The notes below the pieces were generated by a model. The model did not search any database, was not told the DNA's origin, and saw nothing but the letters and a program-made list of their open reading frames with translations. Below are positions 12,071-25,359 of a stretch of 64,000 nt of DNA, piece by piece. The stretch comes from Octopus sinensis (taxonomy: Eukaryota): NCBI RefSeq assembly GCF_006345805.1, contig NC_042998.1:122202001-122266000 (forward strand), in the 5' to 3' direction. The position numbers and the translations under genes were made by a program. Numbering within the stretch: the stretch's first letter is position 1; each line of letters begins with the position of its first letter.

Positions 12071-14169
12071 TTATTAATGAAGGGATTCGTTGTTGTTTAA
12101 ATATCAAAAAAAAAAGTCATGACATAATCACAACCAATTTAAGAATAAAATTTAAATGACTTAAATCATTGCTTCCATAAATAAAAAAAACTTAAGCATT
12201 GATCATGACAACCATTAAATAAATTGATAAAGCTATTAATTGTTCCTGTGATTATTATTTCTTAACGGTTTTAGAGAAAAAAATTTTACTAAAGTTTGGA
12301 AATGACGAATTACGTAAAATACATCCGAACTTGATGTAGGGACACAAATAAATAAATGAATAAATAAATAAGGGAAGTAACTCTAATCCAGAAAAGTTTT
12401 ATTAGAACTCTTTACTGTTTGGTAACACACACGCACACAGACAGAGGCGAGATTTTCGTCGTCTGCTTCGCGATTGATTTTTGTTACCTTTCAGGAATAA
12501 AACATATTACAGAATTGTTACAATTTTCTTTTTAATTTTTGGAGTAAGTAGAACATCTGCTTCCTGAACATTTGAGTTTATAGATTTAATTTCTGTTTTC
12601 TCATGATGTGTCTTATCTATATTCATGATTCAACTGTTGATAATTGTTTCTGTTAGTATTTGCCTAATTTAAATATTTATAGTATATGTTGTGACTTGCA
12701 CGCATTGAGCAAGAAATAGGCTTTCCTCAAACCGCTACTCGAACGTGGTTTCAGTTCTAGAATGAAGCATTTCGCTTCATTTACACTGCTAATGCCCTTG
12801 GAAAAGGTATGAAGGTCACGACTCACTATTTCTCCTCTCCTAAATGAATAGGGGTTTGAGCCTAGTGAAGTATATAAGCCAATATTCATTGAATAAAATA
12901 CACATTTATTTCAGGAAGTGAAGTTATTGTTATTCTGACTAGTCATATACGACATCCTGGTTGGATAAACAATATTTAGCCTTGATTTTCAGTGTTTCAA
13001 TTATGTTGTAAATTAAATAGTCAGTCATGATCAATAGTAATCAATTTTGCTTTTTGCTCTGACATTGTTGTTCTAGAGATTAAATGCACAAATTTCTAAC
13101 TCAGTACACTACCTATTCATTACTCATGAGTTTAAATATTTTGCAGTCATGTTTGCCCAGATCAAAGAAACTCAGGATCAAAAATATTTCAAGCATGACA
13201 CTCCTGTCGTTTAAAAATATTTTTTGTGCACAATTTTTATCAAGGACTCGATTATTCATTAAGTCCTCGAGATTTTAATGCAGTGAGTTGTAATTTAAAA
13301 GAGATTTCACTGTTATCTCTTGCAAATTGAACCATTGCATAATGAATTCCTTATTGGCTCATATTATCATCTTTTTGTCTCTTGATAGGATTCAAATAGA
13401 CATCAGCTCTTCTGAGAATTTTGCTTCTGAAAGACTGGTACACTAACCAAGAAGCAATTCGATGCTAATGCACATAGAATAACTAGAACCAGGGCTAAGC
13501 ACCCACAAATTGAGCCAAGTTGACTTTTAAACTATTTATAGTTTATAACATTTTTGTTTATGTCGAAATTTCAAATTCTATTAAGACTGTCTTCACATTT
13601 ATTTTCTTCAACATTAATAAATTAGGGAGTTGTTTCTGTTTCCTATGCATTTTTATCACGAAGCTGTTGATTTTTATATTAAAGAATGTTAGTATTATCA
13701 TATATTTTTAGTATTTGACAAATGGTGGCGGGAACAGTTATATTAATTTTTTGATAAAATATATTGACAGAACTTAACTATATAATGCAGTTTACAGGAT
13801 TTTATCTAAGTTACATTTTTTTATTTTCTTGTAAAGCTATTTTTGAAAAGTCAAGCAAGAACTTTTGTAACCAGTATTTTGAGAAGAACATTTTCTTTGT
13901 CATTAAATTAGAAAACATTTTTGTTATTCATAATTATAGGAAATGTCTTCAAATTTATCATTTTTCATTTGAAACTTTTCATTCTTACAATCTAAAAAAG
14001 AGATACATTTTAGTGTCTTTTCATCACCATGATCCATCCTCTACCTAATGTTCTTCATCATTCTCTTAATCGCCATCATCATCATCATCATTATTATCAT
14101 CATCTGTGTCATCATCATCATCATCATTATCACCTTCTTCCACTGTGGTAGAGCAGAAGTCAATTATCA

Positions 14170-15990
14170 GTGTATTTTTTTTATGGCTTTTGGTTTTTGT
14201 TGACAGAGGGAAAGCCTTTGAAAGAATCCCTCACTCACCCATCTGGTAGTCAATGTGAAAGCTAGGGATAGACAAGAGTTGGTGAGAGCTGCATAAATCA
14301 TGTACAGGGATGCTGTGAGTAAGGTGAAGGTCAGCAATGGGTATGGCAATGAAATTAGTGTACAAATAGGAGTTTATCAAGAATTGGTTCTCAGCCCCCT
14401 CTTGCTAATCATAGACCTCCAGGCCATAACAGAAGAATTTAAGACTCACTGCCCATAGGAGTTCTCCTACACTGATAATCTTGTTCTTATACCTGAATCA
14501 CTATCTGAACTAGAGAGGGAATTTCAGGTGTGGAAGCAAGGTCTGAAATCTAAGGACCTTAGAGTTAATTTAGCAAAGATCAAAGTCTTAGTAAATAGGA
14601 AAACATAAATCCCTTCAAAGAGATGGCTTTGCTCATTATGTCAGAAAGGTATCAATAGAAACTCCATCTGATGTACCCAGTACAAGTTTTGAACACATAA
14701 GAGGTGCAGCAATATCACAAGAAGGTTAACTTTGTGTGTGGTTAACTGCGGTATCATGGGAATGTTAACTTTTTGTGTGGCAGATGTGCAAGTACAATAA
14801 ACACTAAGAGATTAGATTTCCTCAAATGTTTGGGATGAAGTGGGTGAATCCTTAGAATTATTAGTAGATAGCTTCTATTACCTTAATGACCAAGTTAGCA
14901 GTGGAGGAGGAAATTTTGAAAGTAGTTGCTAGAATAAGAATAAACTTGGCAAAGTTTAGAGAGCCACTATCTTTGTTGATTACAAAGAGCCTCCTCCTCA
15001 GAATGAAAGCCAGATTGTATGATACCTGTGTATGGACAGGTATGCTACATGGCAGTGACTACATGGCTATGAGGACATGTGACTACATGGCTATGACTAC
15101 AGAGGACATATGAAGGTTTAAAAAAATGAAGCCAGCATACTCCACTGGATGGGTAATGTCAGTGTGCATAAAAGACAGAGTGTAAATGATTTAAGAGAAA
15201 AATTGGGTATAAGAAACATCAGATGTAGTGTGCAAGGGGGAAGACTGCAATGGTATAGTCATGTGATGTATATGAATGATGACAGCTGCATAAAGAAGTA
15301 CTGATCTCTAGTTGTGGAAGGAATGTGTAGAAGAGGCAGACCCAGGAAAATGTGGAATAAAGTGGTGAAAAGTGATCTTCAGACATTGGGCCTCACTGAG
15401 GAGGTGACAAGGGACTGAAACTTCTGGCGATTTGCTGTGCTTGAGAAGACACATCAAGCTAAGTAAAATCATGGCCATTCATACATACAGGCATGTCCTT
15501 TATGACCATGCCACTCACTCCCTCTCTCAGCTGAGAGGTCCTTGTCTTGTGAGCTTGCAGGTGCTGGTGCCACGTAAAAAGCACCCATACTGGTACCACA
15601 TAGAAGGCACTTGTGCTGGTGCCACATAAAAGGTACCCATGCTGGTGCCACATAAAAGCACCTGTGCCAGTGCAAAATAGAAAGCTCGTGTGCTAGTGTC
15701 ATGTACAAAACACCCTTGCCAATGTCACATATAAAGCTCCCATGCTGGTGCCACATATAAAGCTCCTATGTTGGTGCCATGTATAAAGCACCTGTGCTGG
15801 TGCTTCGTAAAAAGCACCCAGTACACTCTGTAAAGTGCTTGGCATTTGGAAGGACATCCAGCCATAGATACCATGCCAAAATAGACAAATGGAACCTGGT
15901 GCAGCTCTCTAGCTGGCCAGCTCCTGTCAAACTGTACAACCCATGCCAGTATGGATAAATGGGACATTAAATAATGATGATGATGATGAG
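14170..15990 (+). mobile_element. 5'-truncated, disrupted RTE-clade LINE (RT C-terminal half, 3'UTR minisatellite, (TGA)n tail)
   Basis: Frameshifted reading resembles FVDLEKAFDR...GVHQGSVLSPLL...LLYADDLVL, then GLSLRMKARLYDTCVWTGMLHGS and the GRPRK motif. The 3'UTR has GGTGCCACATAAAAGCACC repeats and ends aaataatgatgatgatgatg. Confidence 0.9.
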
Positions 15991-15999
15991 CCTGGAGGA

Positions 16000-17150
16000 A
16001 GGAGTAGTGCCCATGACCTTTGCAAGATCTCCTAGACCAATAAGGCTGATACCATTAACATTCCTCTCGAATCTTTGCAAACTAATACCTGCAGGAAAGA
16101 CATGAACAGAGCAGGAATCTTAAAAGATGACGTTCTGGGAGGGAAGGACTAAGTGAAATTATTAGAGTCTGGGGTTGGGGCAGACACAACAAGTGTGAGG
16201 AGAGGATAAGAAGCCATTAAAGAAGCTGTAGAAAGGTAGAGAGAGGAGACAATGCTTCCATGGTCCAGAGGATGGAGCATATCAGTGAGTAACTTTAAGT
16301 CAATCAGAGAGCCTTTATCGAATGTAGTCAGTCTATGATTTCTCTGCAGAAGCAGAAATTTCCCAAATGTGAGAGCAATACTCTATGGTGGATCTCACTT
16401 TAAGCTTTGTAGCATGTTAATAATTGTTGGAAGCTGAAGTATCTCTCAATCTGAATTAATGGGTCAGCTATTTTAAGGGTGCACTGTCACTCAGAAGAGG
16501 TCTCTGGTGAGGATCAACATTTGGAGTGGTTGTAAAGGCCCTAGTTGCATGCTTCTTATGACTAAAGAATGGGTATTGTTGTGAAGTTGTTTTCTTGATA
16601 TGAGAAGTATTTGTGTTTTCTTGCTATTGAAAGAGACAAGACTGGTATGTCCCCATTAGAGGATGCTTTCAGTGTCTCTATTCGTGGATATGGCATATGG
16701 TGCAATGTTGCCAATACATAATGCTTAATTTGGGAAGGTTACGAGAGTATCGTCCGAATAAAAGTGGGAATTGTTGGATGTGATAGCTGGTAAGATGAGA
16801 GTGCAGATCAAAACTGAACTCTGGGGCATGCCACCATTGATAGAATGAGGAAGAAAAAGAGTTTTGTCAACCAATACTTTGACAATGTCATATATTGTAG
16901 AAAGTTACCTAAGTGGCATGTGGTATATTGGTGGATGGTTTTGATAGATTCCCATGACACATTGTTGTAAGCTTTATTGATGTCAAGAGTAATGGTGACA
17001 AAGGAGAGTCTTGATGAGAGAGAAATTCGTGATGTTGGTGAGAGGGCATTGTCATTAAGGCTGTCTTCATTATCTTTGAGATATTAGAAGTGATAGAGAA
17101 ATAGCTGGCAGGATCAGAGATGTTCTCTTTCTTGAGCATCGGAGACCCCC
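16000..17150 (-). mobile_element. Degenerate CR1/L2/Jockey-group LINE RT remnant
   Basis: Minus-strand translation gives KKENISDPASY..ITSNISKIM and GGMPQSSVLI...FYSDDTL, resembling K.GD.S.P.NYRPIS.TS..SKIME and GVPQGSVL...YADDT. Confidence 0.6.
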
Positions 17151-17154
17151 TTCG

Positions 17155-17477
17155 GTCATGAATGACCATGGGATTGCACCTAGGAAGCTACCCTCCAAAG
17201 CACAATTCCTGGCAAGGTTGTCTATGGAAGACCAGCAGTTGCCCATGCATACCATCCTCCCCTCTCCACACCACCGAAGTTATCCAAGGGAAAGGCAAAG
17301 GCTGATACAGCTTGGTACTAGTGACATCGCAACTCATTTCTACAGCTGAGTGAACTGGAGTAATGTGAAATAAAGTGTCTTGCTCAAGAGCATAACACAC
17401 AGCCCGGTCCGGGATTCAGACTAACAACCTCACAGTCATAAGTTCGATGCTCTAACCACTGAGCCATGTGCCTTCTT
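17155..17477 (-). mobile_element. tRNA-derived SINE family C
   Basis: tRNA-like head at the right end (gatgctctaaccactgagccatg). The core cagctgagtgaactggag...gtcttgctcaagag recurs at 41.6 and 53.8 kb. Confidence 0.7.
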
Positions 17478-17621
17478 GAGCGTACTGTAGTAAATATCAG
17501 AGTAAATCCCTGAAGAATGGGGAGATATTGAAGATTTGGTGAAGATAGAAGCTAAAACTCTGGGGTGCAATGTTTGAAGTTAAAGCAAGAGTTATTGTCA
17601 GGGCTGGTGGCCTGTTGGTTT

Positions 17622-17624
<3 letters not shown>

Positions 17625-17709
<85 letters not shown>

Positions 17710-17720
17710 AGGGAGAGTGA
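17625..17720. repeat. (GA)n microsatellite
   Basis: Direct inspection. Confidence 0.95.
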
Positions 17721-18114
17721 GAGAAGAGGGTGATCTTAGTAGTTGACTGTATTTTTATCAACTCTGAAAAGTTGAAAGGCAAAACTGACTTCGGTGGCAT
17801 TTGCATTGAAAGAGATAGAGCAAATAGTGACTTTCCAAAGATTCTGCTAATTGACTGTCCTTTAGTTTTATATAAATTTCTTAATATTGGAATATCTGGT
17901 ATATTTTTGCAATGCAATAACTATTTGCATGTTTCAATCTTGATGTCCAATTTTCTATGACTTCTCATTTCCATGCTTTCCTTTGTCTACCTTTTCTATA
18001 CATTGTATATAAGCATATATACTGAAGTGTCTGGTTTTCTTGTATCACATGCTATTTTGAATTTGGTATTTATTGATAGGTGCTCTGATCATCAGTAGTA
18101 GGAACAGTCATCAT

Positions 18115-18500
18115 CATCATTGTTTAATACCTTCTTTCCATGCTGGTATGGGTTGGATGGTTTGACAGGAGCTGGCCAGACAAGAGCCTGCACCAGACTC
18201 CTGTGTGTTTTGGCAGGGATTTTATGGCTGGATGCTCTTCCTAACACCAACAATTCTGCAGAGTTGACTGAGTGCTTTTACATGGCACAAGCATAGGCAA
18301 GGTCAATTTGATATGGTTTTTACTGCTAGATGCCCTTCCAAATGCCAACCACTTTACATTGTGGACTGGATGCTTTTTTTCAGTGGCACCAGCACTGGCA
18401 GGGTCACCAAGTAACTTGCAAGACAAGGTTCCTTTGAGAGGGTAGGGGGGATTTGAGGAGGGGATCTTGTGTCAGATGATGAAAGGTTATAGTAAGACAG
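18115..18500 (-). mobile_element. RTE 3' tail copy
   Basis: (CAT)n then gtttaataccttctttccatgctggtatgggttggatgg. Confidence 0.8.
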
Positions 18501-19887
18501 AGAGATAGTGTGGGCCTTAACAGTTTGTTATATTAATAATGAATAGCTACTGAAAATGCTGAAGCCTTTTTCAGGCTTCAGACATTTTCTGCTCTATACT
18601 ACTGAGATCATATGTGAGTAAAATAAGTTTAAATGAAATAATTTTAAACCATATCTTTTAGATATGCTGTGATATAATACACCCACCCCCTATTTAAAAA
18701 GCATTATCCTCTAACCATAAAAAGTGGTGAATTTGAAATATAATTTGCAATATAAAAATTAAAAATAAGAACCTATCAATAATTTCTTTTGAATATACAA
18801 AAGAACAAATTTTGTAAGAGAAGAATATGTAACCAACTGAATTGACCTTAGCATATTTTTATCCCTTAATTTTATTAACTGTGATCGAAGGAAATGGAGG
18901 AGGATTTGAACTTGATGTTCAAGGATTTTTAAGGATTTTATCTAGGCTCTCTACTATTCCTAGTAACTTGTTACTCAAGAATAATTTTTTTATTTAATCA
19001 TAAGGCAGATATTTTGTTGTTCTCACCATTGGTTGTTAGCTCCAAGTTGGCTCCATTTAAGCAGACCTTTCATGAAAAAGGTTCTAACTATAGGTATACT
19101 ATACTTCACTACTAAGACTATTTTTATTTATATCTAAGACTACTTTTTCTCAATGTAACCCACCCTTATCATGATAGTAGGGTGCAATTTGATTGAAATT
19201 TAGTTGCTATTTCTAGCAATTTAAGCTAGCACATAAAGGTTCCATTGCTGAATTGTTATAGTGGAATTTTATAGGATAGGTATATAATCGATAAAATCCT
19301 ACTCTAGTGTTGTTACCAGGAATGAAAGGCAATACAAACTTTGGTAAGATGTTAGTTTGTTCCTATATATTTTGAAAATATTAAGAATCAAGACCATAAG
19401 ACAGTTATGCCATTATTTTATTCTCCCACACTGAGTTATACAATACAAAAACAAAAAAATTATTAACGTATCTGTACTTGAAACACACTTCCAAATATAT
19501 ATACACCAAAATGAAAGTTTGCTTCTATGTTATTATAATGTGAATATTATTTGGTGAAATAAAACAATAATTTACGAAGATATTTATAATGGTGAATGAT
19601 GTAGGAATAATGTAGGGATGAAAATAGGATTAATCAATATTTGAATCATTACCTTTCTGCATCAGACACAAAAGAAACATCAATAAGTTGTATTCTATTG
19701 TTTGTTTGGTTTATTGATTGGGATTAATGAATGATTAAGTAGAAAAAAAAAAGTCTATGGATATATATGTATGTGATGCTTTTTCATGCATATATACATA
19801 TAAATGCATGAGTGAATGTATGTATATGTGTATCTGTGCATATATGTGTATTTGTGTGTGTATGTGTATCTATATATATATATGCGT

Positions 19888-19931
<44 letters not shown>

Positions 19932-20599
19932 TCATCATCAATGTTTTCATAATCATTTTCAGTGTTTACATTTCCATGTTTGTATGGGTCAAACCTGTGC
20001 AAGCATGGTTCAGACAAAAGTAGATTGGGGTAGAGTTTTTCCAAAGCTGGATACTCTTCTTGTTGCTAACACTACTTGTTTCCTTGTCTCCAAATGAGGT
20101 AATAATCTTCCTGTCTATCAAATAACAGGCAGCCCAGACATGTTTGAAGTGGGGAAGTGTAAACAAATGACACTGTTTAAGGAGTTTGTTTGTTTGCAAA
20201 CATTGCTAAACATGTCAAAACACATCAAGAAACTCGGACCTCCTTTTGTTGTTGATTGCAAATCAATGACACCAATGACCACTGGCAAGAAGTTATTGTT
20301 TATAAATATGGAAAAAAAAGAACAAAAAAACCCTACATAAACACACACACACATGTTATATACCAACTGCTAGTTCTTATTTGTCACTGCCAACCAACTG
20401 AGGGTGGTAAATAAACATTAAATTGCTATTTTCTTCTGAAGATCTGGTATTTCTATGGGATTATGTAATCATCTACAAAACAATTATGGCAAAACATACT
20501 AGTGTATGCTAGTAAAATGTGTGTAAAGGTTATGTAATTTATGATGCTATAGTAAAAAGATAAATCAAATCTCCTGTTTTATTCTGTGCTCAAATATAC

Positions 20600-20800
20600 C
20601 ATCATCACCATTCCATCATAACCATTTAACATCTTTTTTCCATGATTGTAAGAGTTACACATACTCACATGAGTTGGACAGGCTGACAAAAGCTGACTGT
20701 TCCAGTGTCTGTTTTGGCATGGCTTCTATTGCTGGATGCCCTTCCTAATGCCAACCACTTTACAGAGTGTAGTGAATACTTTTTCATGGCATCGGCACTT
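20600..20800 (-). mobile_element. RTE 3' tail copy, degenerate
   Basis: gctggatgcccttcctaatgccaaccactttacagagtgt core. Confidence 0.7.
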
Positions 20801-21779
20801 TGAAAAACTAAAGGGTGAAAAACTAAAGGGTGCAACTGAAGGAAATAGTAGAGTGGGTGTGATGATTGATTCTAGGTGAGGTGATGAGAAAAGGTAAAGT
20901 ATGATGAGAGCAAGAGTTTTTATAGTTACAAGAGGTTAGTAGTGGAAAGTATAACAAGGTCTGCATTACTGGGGAGGATGCATGGAATGGACAGATAAAA
21001 GTGTAAAGGATTAGTGTCAGGGGTTAGTAAGAAAGGAAGAGACAGAATGGTAAAGTTATGAGGTGAGTTACAAGGTGGAGACCAAGACTGTCCCTCATTA
21101 CAAAGGCAAATGTTGGCAGAAGGTGTAAGGAGAAGGGAACATGTAAGAGTAAATAGATGAGTGTGGCAAGGATCCTGAGAGAAGCATGAAGGGAAAAAAA
21201 TGTAGATGTGTTGTTGGGGTAGACCAGAAAAAGAAAGAGAGATGAGCAGTATTGAGGTAGTGGACAAGCTGTGGGGAGAGTACTTATGCTGAGTGATGGA
21301 CAGCAATGAACAAGCATCACAGGTGTGAGATGGGAGATTTGAATGATAGGGTGATGTTTGAAGCAAACAGGAAGATGGATAGAGGAGGGAAGGTGGGTAC
21401 AGGTATAGTAATGAGAATGAGCCAATATAGTGTCTCATACATACATAGGTCTTGTAGGAGGTGGCAGCGATATAGTGTTGTAGAGTGGTTGGTCATATTT
21501 CCTGAGCTTTGTGGGTGGTTAGGAAATAGGAGACTGGGATATATTAGTGATAGAGTAATAAAATGATTGAAGTGAACAGAGAAATGAAAGGGGGAAGGTG
21601 ACCATAAGGTATCTTAAGAAGGTAGATTAGTAGTGTATAGCATGGCAGTAAATAGGTTGGTAGGATACAATGTGTGTGTGTGTGTGAGGTTAAATCAGCA
21701 GGAATGACCCCTGCTAAGCACAGACCACTGTAGCTGAAGCTCATGCAGTTGAACAGTGTCTTAAAGTAAATCAGTATGA

Positions 21780-22120
21780 GCAGTACACATAAGCCATACT
21801 GATGAAGAATGCACTATCTAACATAGATTAATGGTTAGTAACTTCAGGATAAGAACTAGCAAACTCAGAAACAGAAGAGCATCTGAGGAAGAAAGACATG
21901 GAAACTAAAGGACCCCATAGATGGTTGTAAAGGAATTCTAGCTGATGTGCACAACAGTAGGGTAGAGAAGACAAAGACTTAAAGCATAGATAACAACTGG
22001 AAAATCTTGTGGGATAATCTGTTGGAAGATACTGATCAGTCATGTGGCAGATGCAAGGTCCCAACCAGACAGAAAGTAACATGGTGGTGGAATGACATAG
22101 TAGACAGAGCTATCAAAGCT
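21780..22120 (+). mobile_element. RTE LINE EN-RT linker remnant
   Basis: Translation CKVPTRQKVTWWWNDIVDRAIK contains the typical RTE WWN motif. Confidence 0.65.
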
Positions 22121-22254
22121 AGACATCATACACATATTATGAACACTTTCAACACAGTAAATAAACCAAAATCCAAACAAAATATTGCTTCTACCCAAGG
22201 TACACAGAACTACGTCCAGTATGCAGTGAAAACATGCAATAAAAATGAAGATTA

Positions 22255-22299
22255 TAATGATAATAATAATGATGATGATGATGATGATGAGGATGATGA

Positions 22300-22333
<34 letters not shown>

Positions 22334-22375
22334 GGTGGTGGTGGTGGTGTGGTGGTGAGGATGATGATGATGATA
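22255..22375. repeat. (GAT)n-(GGT)n compound microsatellite
   Basis: Direct inspection. Confidence 0.9.
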
Positions 22376-22439
22376 TCCTTATTTGCCACATGGGTGGCTA
22401 GTAAGAATCCATTATACAGATAAATTTCAGAAACAGAGC

Positions 22440-22995
22440 AAGTTTTACATGAAAAACAAGCAATATAAATAGTATAAAGGAAACAATGGTCATGTGATGC
22501 ATATGGATGAGGACAGCTGTGTAAAGAAGTGCCGATCTCTAACTGTGGAGGGAACCTGTGGTAGACCCAGGAAGACATGGAATGAGGTGGTGAAGCATGG
22601 TCTTTGAACTTTGAGGCTCACAGAGGCAAAGTGGCTGAGTTCCTTTTGAGCATTGGGCCTCACAGAAGCAAAATGGCTGAGTTCCATCCAAGTGTTGGGC
22701 CCCATGGAGGCAATGACTGAGACCTTTGGCATTATGTTGTGCTTGAGAAGAAGACCCATCAAGCCAAGCCAAATCACAGTTGTGGCAGATACTGGTTTCA
22801 CACACATTGGCACCCATGCTGGTGGCACATAAAAGCACCCATTACACTCTTGGAGTGGTTGGCATTAAGGAGGGCATCCAGCCGTAGAAAGCCATGCCAA
22901 ATCAGACTGGAGTCTGATGCAGCCTTCCAGCATGACAGCCCAGTCAAACTGTCCAACCCATGCCAGCATGGACAATGGATGATGATGATGATGAT
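22440..22995 (+). mobile_element. RTE LINE 3' end and tail
   Basis: ggtcatgtgatgcatatggatgaggacagctgtgtaaag...ggtagacccaggaagacatgg is homologous to 15.2-15.5 kb; ends in (GAT)n. Confidence 0.85.
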
Positions 22996-23454
22996 TAGCA
23001 AAAACAAAAATGACATAATAGTAACATTATGGAAACTGAAAAGAGAAACAATCCTTGAAGTAGTATATGCTTGCAAATAAAAAGAAATGTATTTAACCAA
23101 AACCTCAACGCTTACATGCTTACAGTGAAGGATTTCTCTACATGGTCACTCTAGCAACTATGAAATTTAACATTGGTACATAGCCACATATTTTGGGGAA
23201 GGACATGGTCAGTTGGGTCAACTCCAGTACTTGACTGGTATTTTTTTTTAGCAACAGTAGGGGAATGAAGGACAAATTCAACTCCAATAATAATATTAAT
23301 TCCTATATTTAACAGAGGGACAACACATAGACACAAAATCCATTTAAATATGTTACCAATGATGAAACTCTGTAATAAATGAAGTAAGAAACAAATTTAC
23401 TGTTGTTGTTGTTTCTTTTCACTAGCCACAGGTCAACTGTCATTGAGCATATCT

Positions 23455-23800
23455 ATCATCATCAACATTTAATGTTCATTTTCCATGCTGGTATGGGTTG
23501 GATGGTTTGACAGGAACTGGTAAGGCCAGGGTTCGCATCAGGTTCCATAGCCTGCTTTGGCTGGCTTTGTTCAGCTGGGTGCCCTTCCTAATGCCAACCA
23601 CTTTACAGAGCATACTGGATACTTTTTACATGGCACCATCGGCAGTGCTTTTTATGTAGAACCATTATCAGTGCTTTTTACATCGCATCATCAACAGTGC
23701 TTTTTATGGGGCACCATCACCAGCGCTTTTTACATGGAACCACCACCCGTGCTTTTTATGGAGCACCATCACCAGTGCTTTTTATGTGGAACCAACATCC
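23455..23800 (-). mobile_element. RTE 3' tail copy with minisatellite
   Basis: Same core plus repeated cagtgctttttatgtgg(a/c)acc units. Confidence 0.8.
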
Positions 23801-24528
23801 ACACCACATCTATATTCAAAGATATTTCAGTCATGATCAGCATATCATTTTGTATATCCATAGCTATATTTTTCAATGTGCTCTAGACTACTTTTAAAAA
23901 AGATGATGAAGTGAGAGAAAGTTGGCTACTGTTTCTAGCAGATCATGCCACTATGTAGAGATTGGTTTGAGAAAACAAAATAGCAGTAGATGATGATAAT
24001 GATGTTGATGATGAAGATGATTGCATAGATGTTGTAAGTCAAACTGTCTTACTTTTTTAGTTGCATCAGAAGTATTGATTTTTTATATCTACCATTGATA
24101 CATCGTTATTTTGTTTTTATCAGCTACTCTACCAAGTTGTCACTGCATTGTTTCCAAGTAAAGAAAAAAAAACAAAAACAAAATTGAAACAATGTTTATA
24201 ACAAAAAAACAATAATGATACTTTAGTTCTCTAAAATTACCATCGTAAATATATAACTATAATTTTTTTTGTCTCTTTATTATTTTGCGTTTTAGATAAG
24301 ATAATTAGTTTTATTACTTTAAGATGCTGTTGGGATTTAATTTGGGCCAAAATAACTTAGTTGGAAACTTAGCTGAAGGATAATGATCAGTTAATGACAA
24401 CCTCCTAGATACGATAATAATAAATAAAATCTAGCTTGAGTTCACACACACACACACACACATGCATGCTCACAAACACTCATACCTATGATCTTTATTA
24501 GGTTATTTGTTCACAGAATTGCAGGCAT

Positions 24529-24563
<35 letters not shown>

Positions 24564-24989
24564 ACATATTGTATGTAAAACCAGTTGTCAAATATATTTG
24601 TATTCATATGTGAGCATCTATGTGCGGCTGTCTGTTTTCTGTTTTCATATCCCTATTCATACATATATGTGTCTGTGCATTGGTTCTGTCTTTTTCAAAA
24701 TAAAGTTTTATATATTTATATATGTATTAGTCTTTGGGTTGGGGTTTTTAACCTTCAAACAGTATTGTATTATTATATATATAATATGGTTCAGCATATA
24801 ACCAATTCTCTATATCAGTGTTTTTCAACTGGGGTCCCTGGAACCTTAGGGTTCCACAAAAGGTTCCTAGGGGTTCCACGAGAAAGAGTGAGAGAAGCTA
24901 ATGCTAATTTCATGATTATAATATTACTATACATGCACAGCATATTATTGGTTATTGTAATATTGTAATATAGACATCGTCCTGCCAGT

Positions 24990-25200
24990 GAGCTGGTAGA
25001 AATGTTAGCATGCTGGACGAAATGCTTAGGGGTATTTTGTCTGTCTTTACGTTATGAGTTCAAATTCCGCCGAGGTCAACTTTGCCTTTCATCCTTTCGG
25101 AGTTGATAAATTAAGTACCAGTTGTGTACTGGAGTCGATCTAATCAACTGCCCCGCTCCCCCAAAATTTCGGGCCTTGTGCCTAGAGTAGAAATGAATAT
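24990..25200 (+). mobile_element. SINE family B
   Basis: Colinear with 3870-4085. Confidence 0.85.
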
Positions 25201-25287
25201 AGACATCATCCTATCTAACCTATTATGTAATCAAAAAAATATAACAACCATTGGGGATATATTTAGTGATGTCTGTAATTTACGGAC

Positions 25288-25322
<35 letters not shown>

Positions 25323-25359
25323 AGAGTTTACGAAAAAAAACAAAAGACAAAGACAACTA

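Noticed and set aside
12677-13510. Short ORFs in unique sequence near the promoter as exons of a divergent gene
   Set aside because: No recognisable protein motif, and no consistent acceptor-ORF-donor combination could be assembled.
15565-15830. CRISPR-like array of short palindromic repeats
   Set aside because: Units are contiguous degenerate minisatellite copies without unique spacers, lie in a LINE 3'UTR of a eukaryote, and no cas genes are present.
20926-21438. 170-aa S/L/H/P-rich ORF, and the similar 184-aa ORF at 58072-58626
   Set aside because: A by-product of C/T-rich strand composition, which lacks stop codons; no domain motif.
22007-22578. ORFs with poly-Asp/Gly/His/Pro/Ser runs
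   Set aside because: A (GAT)n(GGT)n microsatellite between two RTE fragments.
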